Shown one piece after another: positions 43,965 to 54,646 of a stretch of DNA of 64,000 nt. The position numbers and the translations under genes were made by a program. Origin of the DNA: an uncultured bacterium (GTDB taxonomy: Bacteria; Krumholzibacteriota; Krumholzibacteriia; JACNKJ01); the NCBI GenBank assembly GCA_963695095.1, contig CAVOFT010000001.1:832001-896000 (forward strand). The letters are read 5' to 3'. The notes under the pieces were generated by a model. It ran no database searches. It was not told the DNA's origin and worked only from the letters and a program-made list of their open reading frames with translations. The first letter of the stretch is position 1. Each line of letters starts with the position of its first letter.

Positions 43965-45761
43965 CTTCAGCAGCGTGAGCTTGGCCAGCTGGCTCTCGCT
44001 CCCGCCGATGTTCAGCATGGCGAAGTAGACGCCGCTGGCGAGCAGCCGGCCGGCGTCGTCCTTGCCGTCGAAGCTCACGTTGTGCTCGCCCTCGCCGCGC
44101 AGCTCGCCGGCGAGCAGCGTGCGATGCACGCGGCCCATGGGCGAGACGATCGTCAGCGTCACGCTCGCCTCGGCGGCCAGCTCGAACTTGATCGTCGTCG
44201 CCGGATTGAACGGGTTCGGATAGGCCGGGTGCAGGCGCATCGCCGCCGCGCCCAGGGGGCCCACGTCCGTCACCGGCACCTGCAGGAGCGAGTAGGTGAA
44301 GCTCTTGTAGCCCCCCGCCAGGCTGCAGTGGGGGAAGCTGATGCCCAGCTCGCTGATCTGGCTGAAGGGCACCGAGAGCGTCACCTCGCCGTCGTCGTTC
44401 GCGCCCATGACCACCGTGTCGAAGAGCAGGGTGCCGTCGGTCTTCTTGACGATCACCTGCGGCCGGTAGTCCGCCGTGTTGTCGCCGTCGAAGACGATCT
44501 TCGGGAAGTCGCTGAGCCCGGTCAGGCTGAGGTGCCGCCCGTAGCGCGCGCCCAGATCCTCCGCCGAGGAGCTGGACGGCGCGCCCAGCCCGTTGACCAG
44601 GTAGTAGGTGTTGCAGCTGTAGAGATCGGCCGCGTCGGGGTAGCCGCCCTCGCCGTCGGGGACGTCATTGAAATCGGCGTGGGCCTTGGAGCCGGTGAGA
44701 TAGTTCCAGCGCGTCCACTCGGCCATCAAGGCGGCCACGCTGCTGCCGACGGTCCCCAGCATGGCGTTGTAGGTGCTCAGCATGGCCCAGCCCGGGTACA
44801 GATCGCGGTGCTCCCAGAGATCCACGATGAACTGCATGCCCCACTTCTCGCTCATGATCGTCTGCCAGATGCAGTCCTCGTAGCTGCCGGAGCCGCCGTA
44901 GTCCAGGCTCTGCTGCGGCGTGTAGAGCGGGCTGCCCGTGTAGGCGATGTAGGCGTGATAGTCGTTGGTGGCGGGATAGACCTGATCTTCCATCCAGGTC
45001 GCGTCCACCTCCACCCAGCCGCCCTCGCTCCAGGCGCTCGTGTTGTACTGGCTGGCGTGCTTGAACTCGTGGCCGCAGGTCACCTTGGCGGCGCCGAGCT
45101 GGTCGCCGTCCGGATCGTCGTTGGCGGGGAAGCCGATGAAGTTGCGGTGCAGCTCGATGCGCGTGCGGCCGGTGCCGAGCGGATAGGTGACGCCGTAGTA
45201 GGCGAAGTTCTTGAAGGTCACCATGTAGTCCGTGCCCGTGATGATCACCGGCGCGATGAAGCCGATGTTCGTGATCTCGTACTGCCAGGACCAGTCCATG
45301 TACTCGCCGCAGCGCTCGACATAGTCGGGGATGCCGTTGGCCGGCGAGGTGTCCGTGGTCGGCACGGCGTCCGTGCCCGTCGTGTAGTAGGTCAGGCGGA
45401 AGATCCCCGAAGGCGAAATGTAGAGCGCGCGATCGCCTGCCGGCGGCGCCTCGGCGTAGTCGCGCAGCACCTGCTTCACGGACTCGCTCACCGTTTCATC
45501 GGCGAGGATGCCGGCCAGCATGGCGGTGGCGCACTTGCCGGGCGCCTCGTTGCGCGCGAGGAAGCGGCCATCGACCTTCTCCGGCGCGATCACGTGGTAG
45601 ATGATGTTCAGGGCCGCCTCGTCGTGGCTGATCAGGCCCTGGGCCTCGGCGGCCTCGAGATTGAGAATCGTCTGCGGCACGCCCGGACGGGCGAGCGCGG
45701 CGCCGACCAGGAGCGCCAAGATGGCCCCGGCGGCGAGCAGGCGAACGGTTAGCGAACGCAT
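43962..45761 (-). CDS. Secreted zinc metalloprotease (HExxH) with C-terminal FlgD-Ig/T9SS-type sorting domain
   Basis: Signal peptide, KCAT, NGIPDYVE, TCGHEFKHASQ, EVDATWMED; C-terminal LHPAYPNPFNPATTIKFEL...DGKDDAGRLLASGVYF...KLTLLK. Confidence 0.85.
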   Translation of the reverse strand: MRSLTVRLLAAGAILALLVGAALARPGVPQTILNLEAAEAQGLISHDEAALNIIYHVIAPEKVDGRFLARNEAPGKCATAMLAGILADETVSESVKQVLRDYAEAPPAGDRALYISPSGIFRLTYYTTGTDAVPTTDTSPANGIPDYVERCGEYMDWSWQYEITNIGFIAPVIITGTDYMVTFKNFAYYGVTYPLGTGRTRIELHRNFIGFPANDDPDGDQLGAAKVTCGHEFKHASQYNTSAWSEGGWVEVDATWMEDQVYPATNDYHAYIAYTGSPLYTPQQSLDYGGSGSYEDCIWQTIMSEKWGMQFIVDLWEHRDLYPGWAMLSTYNAMLGTVGSSVAALMAEWTRWNYLTGSKAHADFNDVPDGEGGYPDAADLYSCNTYYLVNGLGAPSSSSAEDLGARYGRHLSLTGLSDFPKIVFDGDNTADYRPQVIVKKTDGTLLFDTVVMGANDDGEVTLSVPFSQISELGISFPHCSLAGGYKSFTYSLLQVPVTDVGPLGAAAMRLHPAYPNPFNPATTIKFELAAEASVTLTIVSPMGRVHRTLLAGELRGEGEHNVSFDGKDDAGRLLASGVYFAMLNIGGSESQLAKLTLLK

Positions 45762-45904
45762 GACATCCCCCCTTCACTTCAGTGAACAGAATCGCCCAAG
45801 CACAATGAGGGCGGCCCCGTCAGGGGAGCCGCCCGGAGAGTCCGGTGCCCTTGAGTATAGCACGCCGCGGAGCGCCGGCATAGGCTGGGGTCGGCCGGAC
45901 GGCC

Positions 45905-47018
45905 TCAGGCCCTGCCCGCGGCGCGGCGCCGGAAGCGGCCCGCGTAGCGCCGGTGCTGGCGCCAGAGCAGGCGGCGCAGCTCCTCGCGCCGGCCGGGCCG
46001 GGGCCCGCGCGCCGTGAGCGCCGTCAGCAGCATCAGCATCTGCTCGGCGTCGCTGCGGCTCACCCATTCGGCCGCCGCGCCGCGGGGGCCCATGTTGTGG
46101 TAGTTGGCCAGGGCCACGGCCAGCGCGCAGGCCGGCCGCCCCTCGAGCTGGTAGAGGCTGGCCTCGCAGGCGCCGCCCGGCATCAGCGCGCGCTGGAAGC
46201 GGAAGCCCGGCTCCGTCTTGGCCAGGCCCTCGGCGGTCTCGGTGAGCCAGCGGGTCAGCTCGTCGTCGTAGACGCTGAGGCGGTCGCCCACGCGCACGAC
46301 CGGCCCGGCGCCGATCTTGAAGCCCGGCAGCTCGCGGCTGGTCTCCATGACCACCATCGGCACGCGCCTGGGCAGGAGGCCGCTGCGCATCAGCTCCATC
46401 GCGCCGACGAAGCCCACCTCCTCGGCCACGGTGAAGACGCCGTAGACGTGCGCGCGGCGCTTCTCGGCGCTGAAGTCGTCCAGCAGCTTCAGGATGAGCG
46501 CCGCGCTGAGCACGTTGTCGATCGCCTTGGAGCGGATCTTCCCGCCGGCCAGCGAGAGCCGCACGAGATCGAAGTGGCCCCAGTCGCCCACGGCCACGGG
46601 GCCCGCGCAGCGCACGCGCAGGGTCGTGTCCTCCTTGCGGCGGTCCTTGGCCATCTTCACGGCGAGCACCTCGGCGCGCACGGGCCCGGCCGCGCTGACC
46701 AGCAGGATGCGGGAGTTGCGCAGGGTGCGGCTCGTCGACGCCGCCGAGCAGGCGCAGCCGGGCGATGCGCCCGCGCAGGGCGATCACCTCGAAGCCGGGA
46801 TGGTCCGTGTGGCAGGTGAAGGCCACGGGCCGCTGGCCCCGGCGCGGCGCGCGGTACTCGAGCACCAGGTTGCCCGCGCGATCCTCCTTCAGCCCGAGGC
46901 CGCGCTCGCGCGCGAAGGCCTTGATGCGCCCGGTGACGAGCTGCTCGTGGAAGGGCGCCGTCGAGAGGGGAAGGATCTCGGCCAGCCAGTCGTCGAGGCT
47001 GCGCGCGCGGGTCTTCAT
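45905..47018 (-). CDS. M20/M42-like metallo-hydrolase; frameshift near 46730
   Basis: DRAGNL, CHTDHPGF, KAIDN, AEEVGFVG, GGACEA, NYHN. Confidence 0.75.
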
Positions 47019-47184
47019 GCCTTCGTCCTTCCGATAAAACGAAACTTCGCTAAAATGACGCACTCGTCTTGGAGCCCACTGGGACGCAGCCCTATCTTTC
47101 AAACGAGCCTGCTGCCGCGGCGTCCAAGCCATGAACGAGCCGCGGAAGGCTCCAGGAATCGGAGACTTGCGAAAGGGGGCTATC

Positions 47185-48051
47185 ATGGACACCGCCAAGC
47201 ACTGCGCGCGACGCTTCATCGCCGAAATCGATGCCCACAACCCCCGCTTCAGCCCCCTGCGCGCCGCCCTGGCCCTGAGCCAGGCGGCCGACCCCGAGCG
47301 CTTGCCCAGCGAAGTGCTCCTGCCCCTGCTCCAGGGAATGCCCGAGCTGGACAGCCAGCTCGGCGGCCTGGGCAAACCCTACCAGAAGTTCGAAGCCCTG
47401 AGCAGCTACTTCTACGGCAGCCTGGGCTTCCAGGCCGCCGGCGACGATGAGAACGGTCTGGCTGCCGTTGACCTCCACGCCGTGGTCGCCCGCCGCCGTG
47501 GGCGCTCGATCAGCCTGGCGCTGCTCTACTACGACCTCGCGCGCCGGCTCGCCTTTCCACTGCGGCCCCTCGCGCTGCCCGGTGGCGTGCTGCTGGGCAG
47601 CCACTGGCTGCCGCGCGGCCAGGTGATCGACCCGGCCGACGGCGCCCTGCTGCCCCTGGCCGCGGCGCGGCATCGGGTCGAGCTGCTGCTGACCGGCCGC
47701 CATCTCTCCTTCCAGCCCGAGCGCCTGCTGCCGCTGTCCTCGCGCCAGCTCCTGGAGCGCTACCTGCTCGCGATGCGGGCCGTCTACCTGGCCGAAGGCC
47801 GCGAGGAGGAGGCCCTGCGCGCCGCCGACTGGCGCGTGCGCCTGGCCCCGCAGAGCGCGGCCGCCCGCTGGGACCGCGGCCTGCTGCTCTACGCGCTGGA
47901 CCGCTACGGCGAGGCCGACCGCGATCTCGCGGGCCTGCTCGGCCGCGGCGGCAAGCGCCAGGCCGACGAGGGCGGCGCCCGGGAAGCGCGCGCCGAGGTG
48001 AACCGCCTCCTCGCCAGCCTCGAGCGGCCGCAGGGCGCCCCCGGCCCTTGA
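47185..48051 (+). CDS. SirB1/transglutaminase-like protein with TPR
   Basis: FYGSLGFQA, VVARRRGRSISLALLY, IDP, C-terminal WDRGLLLY. Confidence 0.72.
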   Translation: MDTAKHCARRFIAEIDAHNPRFSPLRAALALSQAADPERLPSEVLLPLLQGMPELDSQLGGLGKPYQKFEALSSYFYGSLGFQAAGDDENGLAAVDLHAVVARRRGRSISLALLYYDLARRLAFPLRPLALPGGVLLGSHWLPRGQVIDPADGALLPLAAARHRVELLLTGRHLSFQPERLLPLSSRQLLERYLLAMRAVYLAEGREEEALRAADWRVRLAPQSAAARWDRGLLLYALDRYGEADRDLAGLLGRGGKRQADEGGAREARAEVNRLLASLERPQGAPGP

Positions 48052-48076
48052 TTCCGCGGCCCGGATAGCGTAGCCT
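48048..48076 (+). promoter_or_regulatory. sigma70-like promoter of the pyr operon
   Basis: TTGATT-17 nt-TAGCCT just upstream of the PyrR leader. Confidence 0.5.
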
Positions 48077-48102
48077 ATGGCCAGCCCGAGACCCCCGGGC
48101 CT

Positions 48103-48194
48103 CCTTTAATTCGATCCCGTGAGGTCGAGAAGGGATCTGGCCATGTGCCACGCGGCGAACCCGAAGCCCTGCGCCGACCGGCGGGGCCTTTTTT
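48103..48194 (+). promoter_or_regulatory. PyrR-binding RNA loop and attenuator terminator
   Basis: CCTTTAA...GATCCCGTGAGGTCGAGAAGG resembles the PyrR consensus CUUUAA...ARUCCNGNGAGGYU; GC stem 48166-48187 followed by T6. Confidence 0.85.
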
Positions 48195-48258
48195 GTGCCC
48201 GGTCCCGCCGATCCGCCTGAGCACGAGCCAGAGCCCCAGCCCACGCGCCGGAGGATGC

Positions 48259-48825
48259 ATGGAAGCCAACTCGCTGCCCGCCTTTCACCAGAAGGCCCAG
48301 CTCATGAGCGCCGAGCAGATGCTGCGCGCCATCAAGCGGATGACGCATGAGATCCTCGAGCGCAACGAGTCCAGCCGCGACCTGATCATCATGGGCATCG
48401 CCCGCCGCGGCGTGCCGATGGCCGAGCGCATCGCCGTCTACATGCAGAAGGTGGAGGGGCGGCCGATCAGCGTGGGCAGCCTGGACATCACCTTCTACCG
48501 CGACGACCTGCGCACCATCGGTCCGCAGCCGCGCGTCGGCGAGACGCGCATTCCGGGCGACATCCAGAACCGCACGATCGTGCTCGTCGACGACGTGCTC
48601 TTCACCGGCCGCACGGTGCGCTCGGCCATGGACGAGCTGATGGACTACGGCCGCCCCGCCGCCATCCAGCTCGCCGTGATGATCGACCGCGGCCACCGCG
48701 AGCTGCCCGTGCGCGCGGACTACGTGGGCAAGAACGTGCCCACCTCGCAGCGCGAGATCGTCAAGGTGCGCTTCACGGAGATCGACGGCGTCGACGAGGT
48801 GCTGCTCGGCGAGGTGGAAGCATGA
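48259..48825 (+). CDS. pyrR: Pyrimidine operon attenuation protein / uracil phosphoribosyltransferase
   Basis: [41 protein letters not shown]. Confidence 0.96.
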   Translation: MEANSLPAFHQKAQLMSAEQMLRAIKRMTHEILERNESSRDLIIMGIARRGVPMAERIAVYMQKVEGRPISVGSLDITFYRDDLRTIGPQPRVGETRIPGDIQNRTIVLVDDVLFTGRTVRSAMDELMDYGRPAAIQLAVMIDRGHRELPVRADYVGKNVPTSQREIVKVRFTEIDGVDEVLLGEVEA

Positions 48826-49844
48826 CCTACACGCGCAAGGACCTGCTCGACCTGGAGAGCCTGAGCGCCGAGGAGATCGCGCTCTTCCTCGACACGGCCG
48901 AGAAGTTTCGCGAAGTGGGCGAGCGCGAGGTCAAGAAGGTGCCCACCCTGCGCGGCTACACCGTGTGCAACCTCTTCTTCGAGAACAGCACGCGCACGCG
49001 CATCAGCTTCGAGCTGGCCGAGAAGCGCCTCAGCGCCGACATCGTCAACTTCTCGGCCTCCACCAGCAGCGTGGCCAAGGGCGAGACCCTGCTCGACACC
49101 GCCGAGAACCTGCTGGCGATGAAGATGGACATGTTCGTCATCCGCCACGCCGCCAGCGGCGCGCCGCACTTCCTGGCCGCGCGCGTGCCGGCCAGCGTCA
49201 TCAACGCCGGCGACGGCACGCACGAGCACCCCACGCAGGGCCTGCTGGACCTGCTCACCCTGCGCCGGCATCTGGGCGATCTCGCCGGGCGCAAGATCGT
49301 CATCGTGGGCGACGTCCTGCACAGCCGCGTCGCGCGCAGCAACATCCACGGGCTCACCAAGCTCGGCGCGCAGGTGACGCTCTGCGGGCCGCCCACGCTG
49401 CTGCCGCGCGAGTTCGCCGAGCTGGGCGCGACGCTCGACTACGATCTCGCGCGCGCCCTGGAGGGCGCCGAGGCGGTGAACGTCCTGCGCATCCAGCGCG
49501 AGCGGCAGGAGAGCGGCCTCCTGCCCAGCCTGCGCGCCTACGCGCGCGACTGGCAGCTCCGGGCCGAGCACCTCGAGCGCATGGCGCCGAACGCCATCGT
49601 CATGCATCCCGGGCCCATGAACCGCGGCGTCGAGATCGCCCAGGACGTGGCCGACGGGCCGCGCGCGGTCATTCTCGAGCAGGTGACCAACGGGGTCGCC
49701 GTGCGCATGGCCGTGCTCTACCTGCTCAGCGAGGCGCAGCGCCGCGCCGAGGGCGGCCAGGGCGCCGGCCCGGACAGCGCCTCGCGCGGGCAGGGGGCCG
49801 GCGACCGGCCCGCGGACACCCTCATCGCCCAGGCCGACGCCTGA
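48822..49844 (+). CDS. pyrB: Aspartate carbamoyltransferase catalytic subunit
   Basis: [45 protein letters not shown]. Confidence 0.96.
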   Translation: MTYTRKDLLDLESLSAEEIALFLDTAEKFREVGEREVKKVPTLRGYTVCNLFFENSTRTRISFELAEKRLSADIVNFSASTSSVAKGETLLDTAENLLAMKMDMFVIRHAASGAPHFLAARVPASVINAGDGTHEHPTQGLLDLLTLRRHLGDLAGRKIVIVGDVLHSRVARSNIHGLTKLGAQVTLCGPPTLLPREFAELGATLDYDLARALEGAEAVNVLRIQRERQESGLLPSLRAYARDWQLRAEHLERMAPNAIVMHPGPMNRGVEIAQDVADGPRAVILEQVTNGVAVRMAVLYLLSEAQRRAEGGQGAGPDSASRGQGAGDRPADTLIAQADA

Positions 49845-49870
49845 GCCCGGCCGACAGCGAAGGAGCACGC

Positions 49871-51232
49871 ATGGACTGGATCGAGCGCCATCCGGAGAGC
49901 GGCGACTACTGGATCGCCAACGCCCGCCTCGTGGACCCGGCGGCCGGCACCGTGGCGCCCGGCGCCCTGCGCGTCAGCGGCGGCAGGATCGCCGAGCTGG
50001 CCGCCGCGGCGCCGGCCGGCGCCAAGACCGTGCTCGACGCCCAGGGCCTTTGCCTCGCGCCGGGTCTCATCGACATGCACGTCCACCTGCGCGAGCCCGG
50101 TTTCGAGGACAAGGAGACCGTGGCCACCGGCGCCGCGGCGGCCGCGCGCGGCGGGGTGACGGCCATGGCCTGCATGCCCAACACGCAGCCCGTCTGCGAC
50201 TCGGCGGCCCTCGTGGAGCTGATCCGCGAGCGGGCGGCCGCGGCCGGCCTCTGCGCGGTGCACCCGGTGGGGGCCATCACGCAGGGGGCGGCCAGCGAGC
50301 AGCTCGCCGACCTGGGCGAGATGCTCGCCGCCGGCGCCGTCGCCTTCTCGGACGACGGCCGTCCCGTCACCGATGCCCGGCTCCTGCGCCACGCCATGGA
50401 GCTGTCGCTGACCTGGGACGCCCTGCTCATCAGCCACGCCGAGGAGCTGTCGCTCAGCCGCGAGGGCGTCATGCACGAGGGCGCGGTCTCGCAGCGGCTG
50501 GGGCTGAAGGGCATCCCCCGCGAGGCCGAGGACATCGCCACGGACCGCGACCTGCGCCTGGCGGCGCTCACGGGGGCGCGCCTGCACATCGCCCACGTCT
50601 CCAGCCGCAACAGCGTGGAGATCCTGCGCCGGGCCAAGGCCGCCGGGCTCAGGGTGACGGCCGAGACCGCCCCGCACTACCTGCTCCTGGACGACGGCGC
50701 GCTCGCCGGCTACGACTCCCACAAGAAGATGAACCCGCCGCTGCGAGAGCTCTCCGATCAGGAGGCGCTCGTCGACGGCCTGGTCGACGGCACCCTCGAC
50801 TGCGTGGCCACCGACCATGCGCCGCACACCGAGATCGACAAGGAGCGCGAGATCGCCCAGGCGCCCTTCGGCGTGACGGGCCTGGAGACCCTGCTCGCGG
50901 CCGTCCTCACGCGGCTCGTCGCGACCCAGCGCATGGACCTGGCCGCGGCGATCGCCCTCGTCACCGCGCGGCCGGCGGCGATCCTGCGCCTGCCGGGCGG
51001 GCGGCTCGCGGCGGGCGCGCCCGCCGATCTCGTGCTCTTCGATCCCGAGGAGCGCTGGACCGTGCGCGGCGCGGAGATGGCCTCGCGCTCGCGCAACACG
51101 CCCTTCGAGGGGATGACCCTCGCCGGGCGCGTCCGGGCCACCGTGCTGGCCGGCGCGCCGGTCTACCAGCGGGGCGCTAGCGGCGAGGCCTTCCGGCCGC
51201 GGCCCTGGCAGCGGGCGCGGGCCCATGCCTAG
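49871..51232 (+). CDS. pyrC: Dihydroorotase (class I)
   Basis: PGLIDMHVHLREPG, MPNT, FSDDG, KMNPPLR, ATDHAPH, SRNTPF. Confidence 0.95.
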   Translation: MDWIERHPESGDYWIANARLVDPAAGTVAPGALRVSGGRIAELAAAAPAGAKTVLDAQGLCLAPGLIDMHVHLREPGFEDKETVATGAAAAARGGVTAMACMPNTQPVCDSAALVELIRERAAAAGLCAVHPVGAITQGAASEQLADLGEMLAAGAVAFSDDGRPVTDARLLRHAMELSLTWDALLISHAEELSLSREGVMHEGAVSQRLGLKGIPREAEDIATDRDLRLAALTGARLHIAHVSSRNSVEILRRAKAAGLRVTAETAPHYLLLDDGALAGYDSHKKMNPPLRELSDQEALVDGLVDGTLDCVATDHAPHTEIDKEREIAQAPFGVTGLETLLAAVLTRLVATQRMDLAAAIALVTARPAAILRLPGGRLAAGAPADLVLFDPEERWTVRGAEMASRSRNTPFEGMTLAGRVRATVLAGAPVYQRGASGEAFRPRPWQRARAHA

Positions 51233-52811
51233 GGGCGCTGGCCTGCGCGCCGCGCCGCGCCTGATGGCGTTCGCGCTGCTCCTCGTCCTCGCGGGCGCGA
51301 GCGGCTGCGCCTACTTCAACACCTTCAGCAACGCCAAGCGCGCCTTCCGCGAGGCCGAGCGCACGCCACTGGCCCCGGACGGGCGGGCGACGCCGACCGG
51401 GCGCAAGGCCTACGACACCTGCATCGCGAAGTGCAAGAAGCTCCTGGAGCTCTACCCGGAGAGCAAGTGGGTGGACGATACGCTCTACCTGATGAGCCGC
51501 GCCTACTTCGGCAAGGCCGAGTACGGCAGTTGCCTGCGCCGGCTCGACGATCTGGACAAGCGCTTTCCCGAGCATCCCTGGCAGGAGCCCGTGCTCTACA
51601 TGCGCGGCGTCTGTCTGCTGGAGGACGGCGACGAGGCCAGCGCCATCGCCGCCCTCGAGCGATTGCAGGAGCGCTACCCGCGCTCCAAGCATCTGGCCGA
51701 GGGCATGTACCGCCGCGGCGAGGCCGAGTACCGCCTGGGCAACTGGGTCGCCGCCACGGCCGCTTACCGGCGCCTGCTGGAGGCCATCGGCGAGAGCGAC
51801 TTCCACGATGCCGCGCGCCTGAAGATCGCCCTGGCGCAGCGCGAGCTGGGCCAGGACTCCCTGGCCGTTGCCGGCCTGGCGGAGCTGGCGGCGGTGGGGC
51901 GCGATCGGCGCAAGGTCTTCGAGGGCCAGCTCAGCGCGGCCGAGATCCTGCTCGATCAGCGCCGACTGGCGGAATCCGCCAAGCTGCTGGGCGAGCTGGA
52001 GCCCAACGCCGAGAACTTCCAGTCGCGGGCGCAGGTGCTCCTGCTCAAGGCGCGGGTAGCGGAGGCCGAGGAGCGCTACGGGGAGTCAGTGCTGCTGTTC
52101 GAGAACGTCGCCACCGAATTCCCCCGCAGCAATCCCGCCGCCGAGGCCTGGTATCGCATCGGACTCATCCGGCAGAACCGCATGGGAGATCTCGCACAGG
52201 CCGTCCAGGCCTACGATCAGGCGACGAAGGAGGTGCCGCGCTCGCTCTTCGGCGATCTCGCCGTGAGCAAGCGGCGAGCCGCCCAGGAAGTCATCGACGT
52301 GCAGGCCCGCTTCGGCAGCATGGCCGCCGACTCGCTGGGCGCCGAGCGGGCGGCGCTGCAGTTTCGTCTCGCCGAGAATCAGTTCCTGCGCCTGGACAAT
52401 CCGCTGCAGGCCCAGGGCGAGTACGCTCGCCTGCTCGCGGACTATCCGGAGAGCGCCTTCGCGCCACAGGCGGCCTATGCGATCGCCTACATCGGCCGCC
52501 ATAGCCTGGCCGACAGCGCGGTGGCGCGCTGGGCGGTGGCCCTCCTCCTCGAGCGCTATCCCGAGAGCGAAGCGGCGAGCTTCGTTGCCGGGTGGCCGGC
52601 CGAGCTGGGCGAGGGGCCCGTGACGGCGCCCGCTCTGGCCGCGGCGCCCGCGCCGCCGGTCGCGCCGCCGGCCCCGGCCGCCGTCGATTCCCTCGCGGGC
52701 CCGCTGCCTGCGATGGAGATCCCGGCAGCGATGGCGCCCGAGCCGGAAATGGCTGCGCCCGTCGATTCCCTGGACCTGCCGGCCTTGCCCGAGCGCAGCG
52801 ATGAGCCCTGA
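51225..52811 (+). CDS. TPR-repeat lipoprotein (BamD/CpoB-like repeats)
   Basis: ASGCAYFNTF lipobox; repeated YP.S...A motifs; Pro/Ala-rich tail. Confidence 0.85.
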   Translation: MPRGAGLRAAPRLMAFALLLVLAGASGCAYFNTFSNAKRAFREAERTPLAPDGRATPTGRKAYDTCIAKCKKLLELYPESKWVDDTLYLMSRAYFGKAEYGSCLRRLDDLDKRFPEHPWQEPVLYMRGVCLLEDGDEASAIAALERLQERYPRSKHLAEGMYRRGEAEYRLGNWVAATAAYRRLLEAIGESDFHDAARLKIALAQRELGQDSLAVAGLAELAAVGRDRRKVFEGQLSAAEILLDQRRLAESAKLLGELEPNAENFQSRAQVLLLKARVAEAEERYGESVLLFENVATEFPRSNPAAEAWYRIGLIRQNRMGDLAQAVQAYDQATKEVPRSLFGDLAVSKRRAAQEVIDVQARFGSMAADSLGAERAALQFRLAENQFLRLDNPLQAQGEYARLLADYPESAFAPQAAYAIAYIGRHSLADSAVARWAVALLLERYPESEAASFVAGWPAELGEGPVTAPALAAAPAPPVAPPAPAAVDSLAGPLPAMEIPAAMAPEPEMAAPVDSLDLPALPERSDEP

Positions 52812-53709
52812 CGCGCAGCCGATCGGGATGGCGAGCCCGGCCCCGCTGGCTGCCGCCGGCTGCGCGGCGCGGGTCGCGGATTGCCGTCGGGACGGCGCGC
52901 TCTACTGGGATCTGCGCCTGGAGGCGCCGGACCTGCCCGCCGGCCTCCCCGGGCAGTTCTCCCTGCTCGGGCCCTCCGCCCCGGGCGCCTGGGATCCCCT
53001 GCTGCCGCGGCCGCTCAGCCTGCTCGATGCGGGCGCGGGCTGGCAGCGCTTCCTCTTCAAGGTGGTCGGCCGCGGCACGGCGGCCCTGGCGGCCCTGCGT
53101 CCGGGCGAGTTCGTCTCGCTGATCGGCCCCCTGGGCCGCCCCTTCGGCGGTCTGCCGGCTGCCGGCGCCGCAGCGGCGGGCGCGCAGGGCGCCGCAGTGA
53201 GCCCGCCAGTCCTCGTGGGCGGCGGCGTGGGCATCCCGCCCCTGCACTTCCTCGCGCGCCGGCTGGCCGCCGCCGACCTGCCGGTGCGGCTGCTCTTCGG
53301 CTTCAACAGCGCCGCGGAGATCCCGCGCGCCCTGCTCGCTGAGTTCGCCGCGGAGCTTCGGCTCTGCACCCTGGACGGCTCGGCGGGCGAGCGCGGCAAT
53401 CCGGTGGCCCTGCTGGCGGCCACCCGCGGCGAGGGGCCGCTGGCGATCAAGGGCTGCGGCCCGGCCCCCATGCTCGCGGCCCTGCGCGAGGCCCTCCGCC
53501 CCGAGGACCAGCTCGAGCTATCATTGGAGGAGCACATGGCCTGCGGCGTCGGCGTCTGCCGCGGCTGCATGGTGGCGGTGGCCGACGGCGCCGGCGGCTG
53601 GCGCTACGCCACGGTCTGCCGGGAGGGGCCCGTCTTCGACGCGAGGGAGCTGGCCGGCGGTCCGGCCAGGGCCGGCGCCCACCCGGACGCGGGGCAGGGC
53701 CATGTCTGA
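52801..53709 (+). CDS. pyrK: Dihydroorotate dehydrogenase electron-transfer subunit
   Basis: PGQF, RPLS, VVGRGT, GPLG, GGGVGIPP, CGP, EEHMACGVGVCRGC...VCREGPVF. Confidence 0.9.
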   Translation: MSPDAQPIGMASPAPLAAAGCAARVADCRRDGALYWDLRLEAPDLPAGLPGQFSLLGPSAPGAWDPLLPRPLSLLDAGAGWQRFLFKVVGRGTAALAALRPGEFVSLIGPLGRPFGGLPAAGAAAAGAQGAAVSPPVLVGGGVGIPPLHFLARRLAAADLPVRLLFGFNSAAEIPRALLAEFAAELRLCTLDGSAGERGNPVALLAATRGEGPLAIKGCGPAPMLAALREALRPEDQLELSLEEHMACGVGVCRGCMVAVADGAGGWRYATVCREGPVFDARELAGGPARAGAHPDAGQGHV

Positions 53710-54646
53710 GCGCGCCCTCGCCGTGTCCCTGGCCACGCGGGTGGGCGCGCTCACCCTGGCGAACCCCTTGCTCGCGGCCTCGGGCTGCTTCGGCTACGGC
53801 CTCGACTACGACCCGCTCCTGCCGCCGGAGGCCTTCGGGGCCGTGGTCACGAAGACGATCACGCCGGCCGCGCGCCAGGGCAACCCGATGCCGCGCATCG
53901 CCGAGACGCCGGCGGGCATGCTCAACTCCATCGGCCTGGAGAACGTGGGGCTCGAGGCCTTCCTCGCCGAGAAACTGCCGGCCCTGGCGGCGCGGGGCGT
54001 CTCGCCCGTGGTCTCGATCGCGGCGAGCTCGGCCCGCGAGTTCGCGGCGATGGCCGCGCGCCTGGAGCGGGCGCCCGCAGCCCTGCTCGCCCTCGAGCTG
54101 AACCTGAGCTGCCCGAACCTGGCCGAGCACGGGGCCAACTTCGCCACCGACCCCGCGGCCGTGCAGGCGATCACCCGGGCGGTGAAGGATGCCTTCGGGC
54201 GCGGGCCGGTCTGGGCGAAGCTGAGTCCGAACGTCACCGACATCGGTCTCGTCGCCAAGGCGGCCGAGGCCGGCGGCGCCGACGCGATCGCCGCCATCAA
54301 CACCCTGCTCGGCATGGACATCGATCTCGCCACGGGCCGGAGCCCCTTCGCCCGCGTGACGGCCGGGCTCTCGGGCCCGGCCATCTTCCCCGTCGCGCTG
54401 GCGGCGGTCTGGCGGGTGGCGCAGAGCGTGCAGATCCCGGTGGTGGCCATCGGCGGCGCGGCCAGCGCGGCGATGGTGCTCAAGTTCCTGGCCGCGGGGG
54501 CCAGCGCCGTGCAGCTCGGCACGGCGCTCTACACGGACCCGGGCCTGCCGCCGCGCCTGCTGGCGGAGCTGGCCGAGACCCTGCGCGCCCAGGGCTGCGC
54601 GAACCTGGACGCGCTGCGCGCCCACTGGCTGGAGGCCTCGCGATGA
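53702..54646 (+). CDS. pyrD: Dihydroorotate dehydrogenase family 1B catalytic subunit
   Basis: ASGCFGYG, GMLNSIGLEN, ELNLSCPN, KLSPNVTD, INTL, GLSGPAI. Confidence 0.95.
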   Translation: MSERALAVSLATRVGALTLANPLLAASGCFGYGLDYDPLLPPEAFGAVVTKTITPAARQGNPMPRIAETPAGMLNSIGLENVGLEAFLAEKLPALAARGVSPVVSIAASSAREFAAMAARLERAPAALLALELNLSCPNLAEHGANFATDPAAVQAITRAVKDAFGRGPVWAKLSPNVTDIGLVAKAAEAGGADAIAAINTLLGMDIDLATGRSPFARVTAGLSGPAIFPVALAAVWRVAQSVQIPVVAIGGAASAAMVLKFLAAGASAVQLGTALYTDPGLPPRLLAELAETLRAQGCANLDALRAHWLEASR

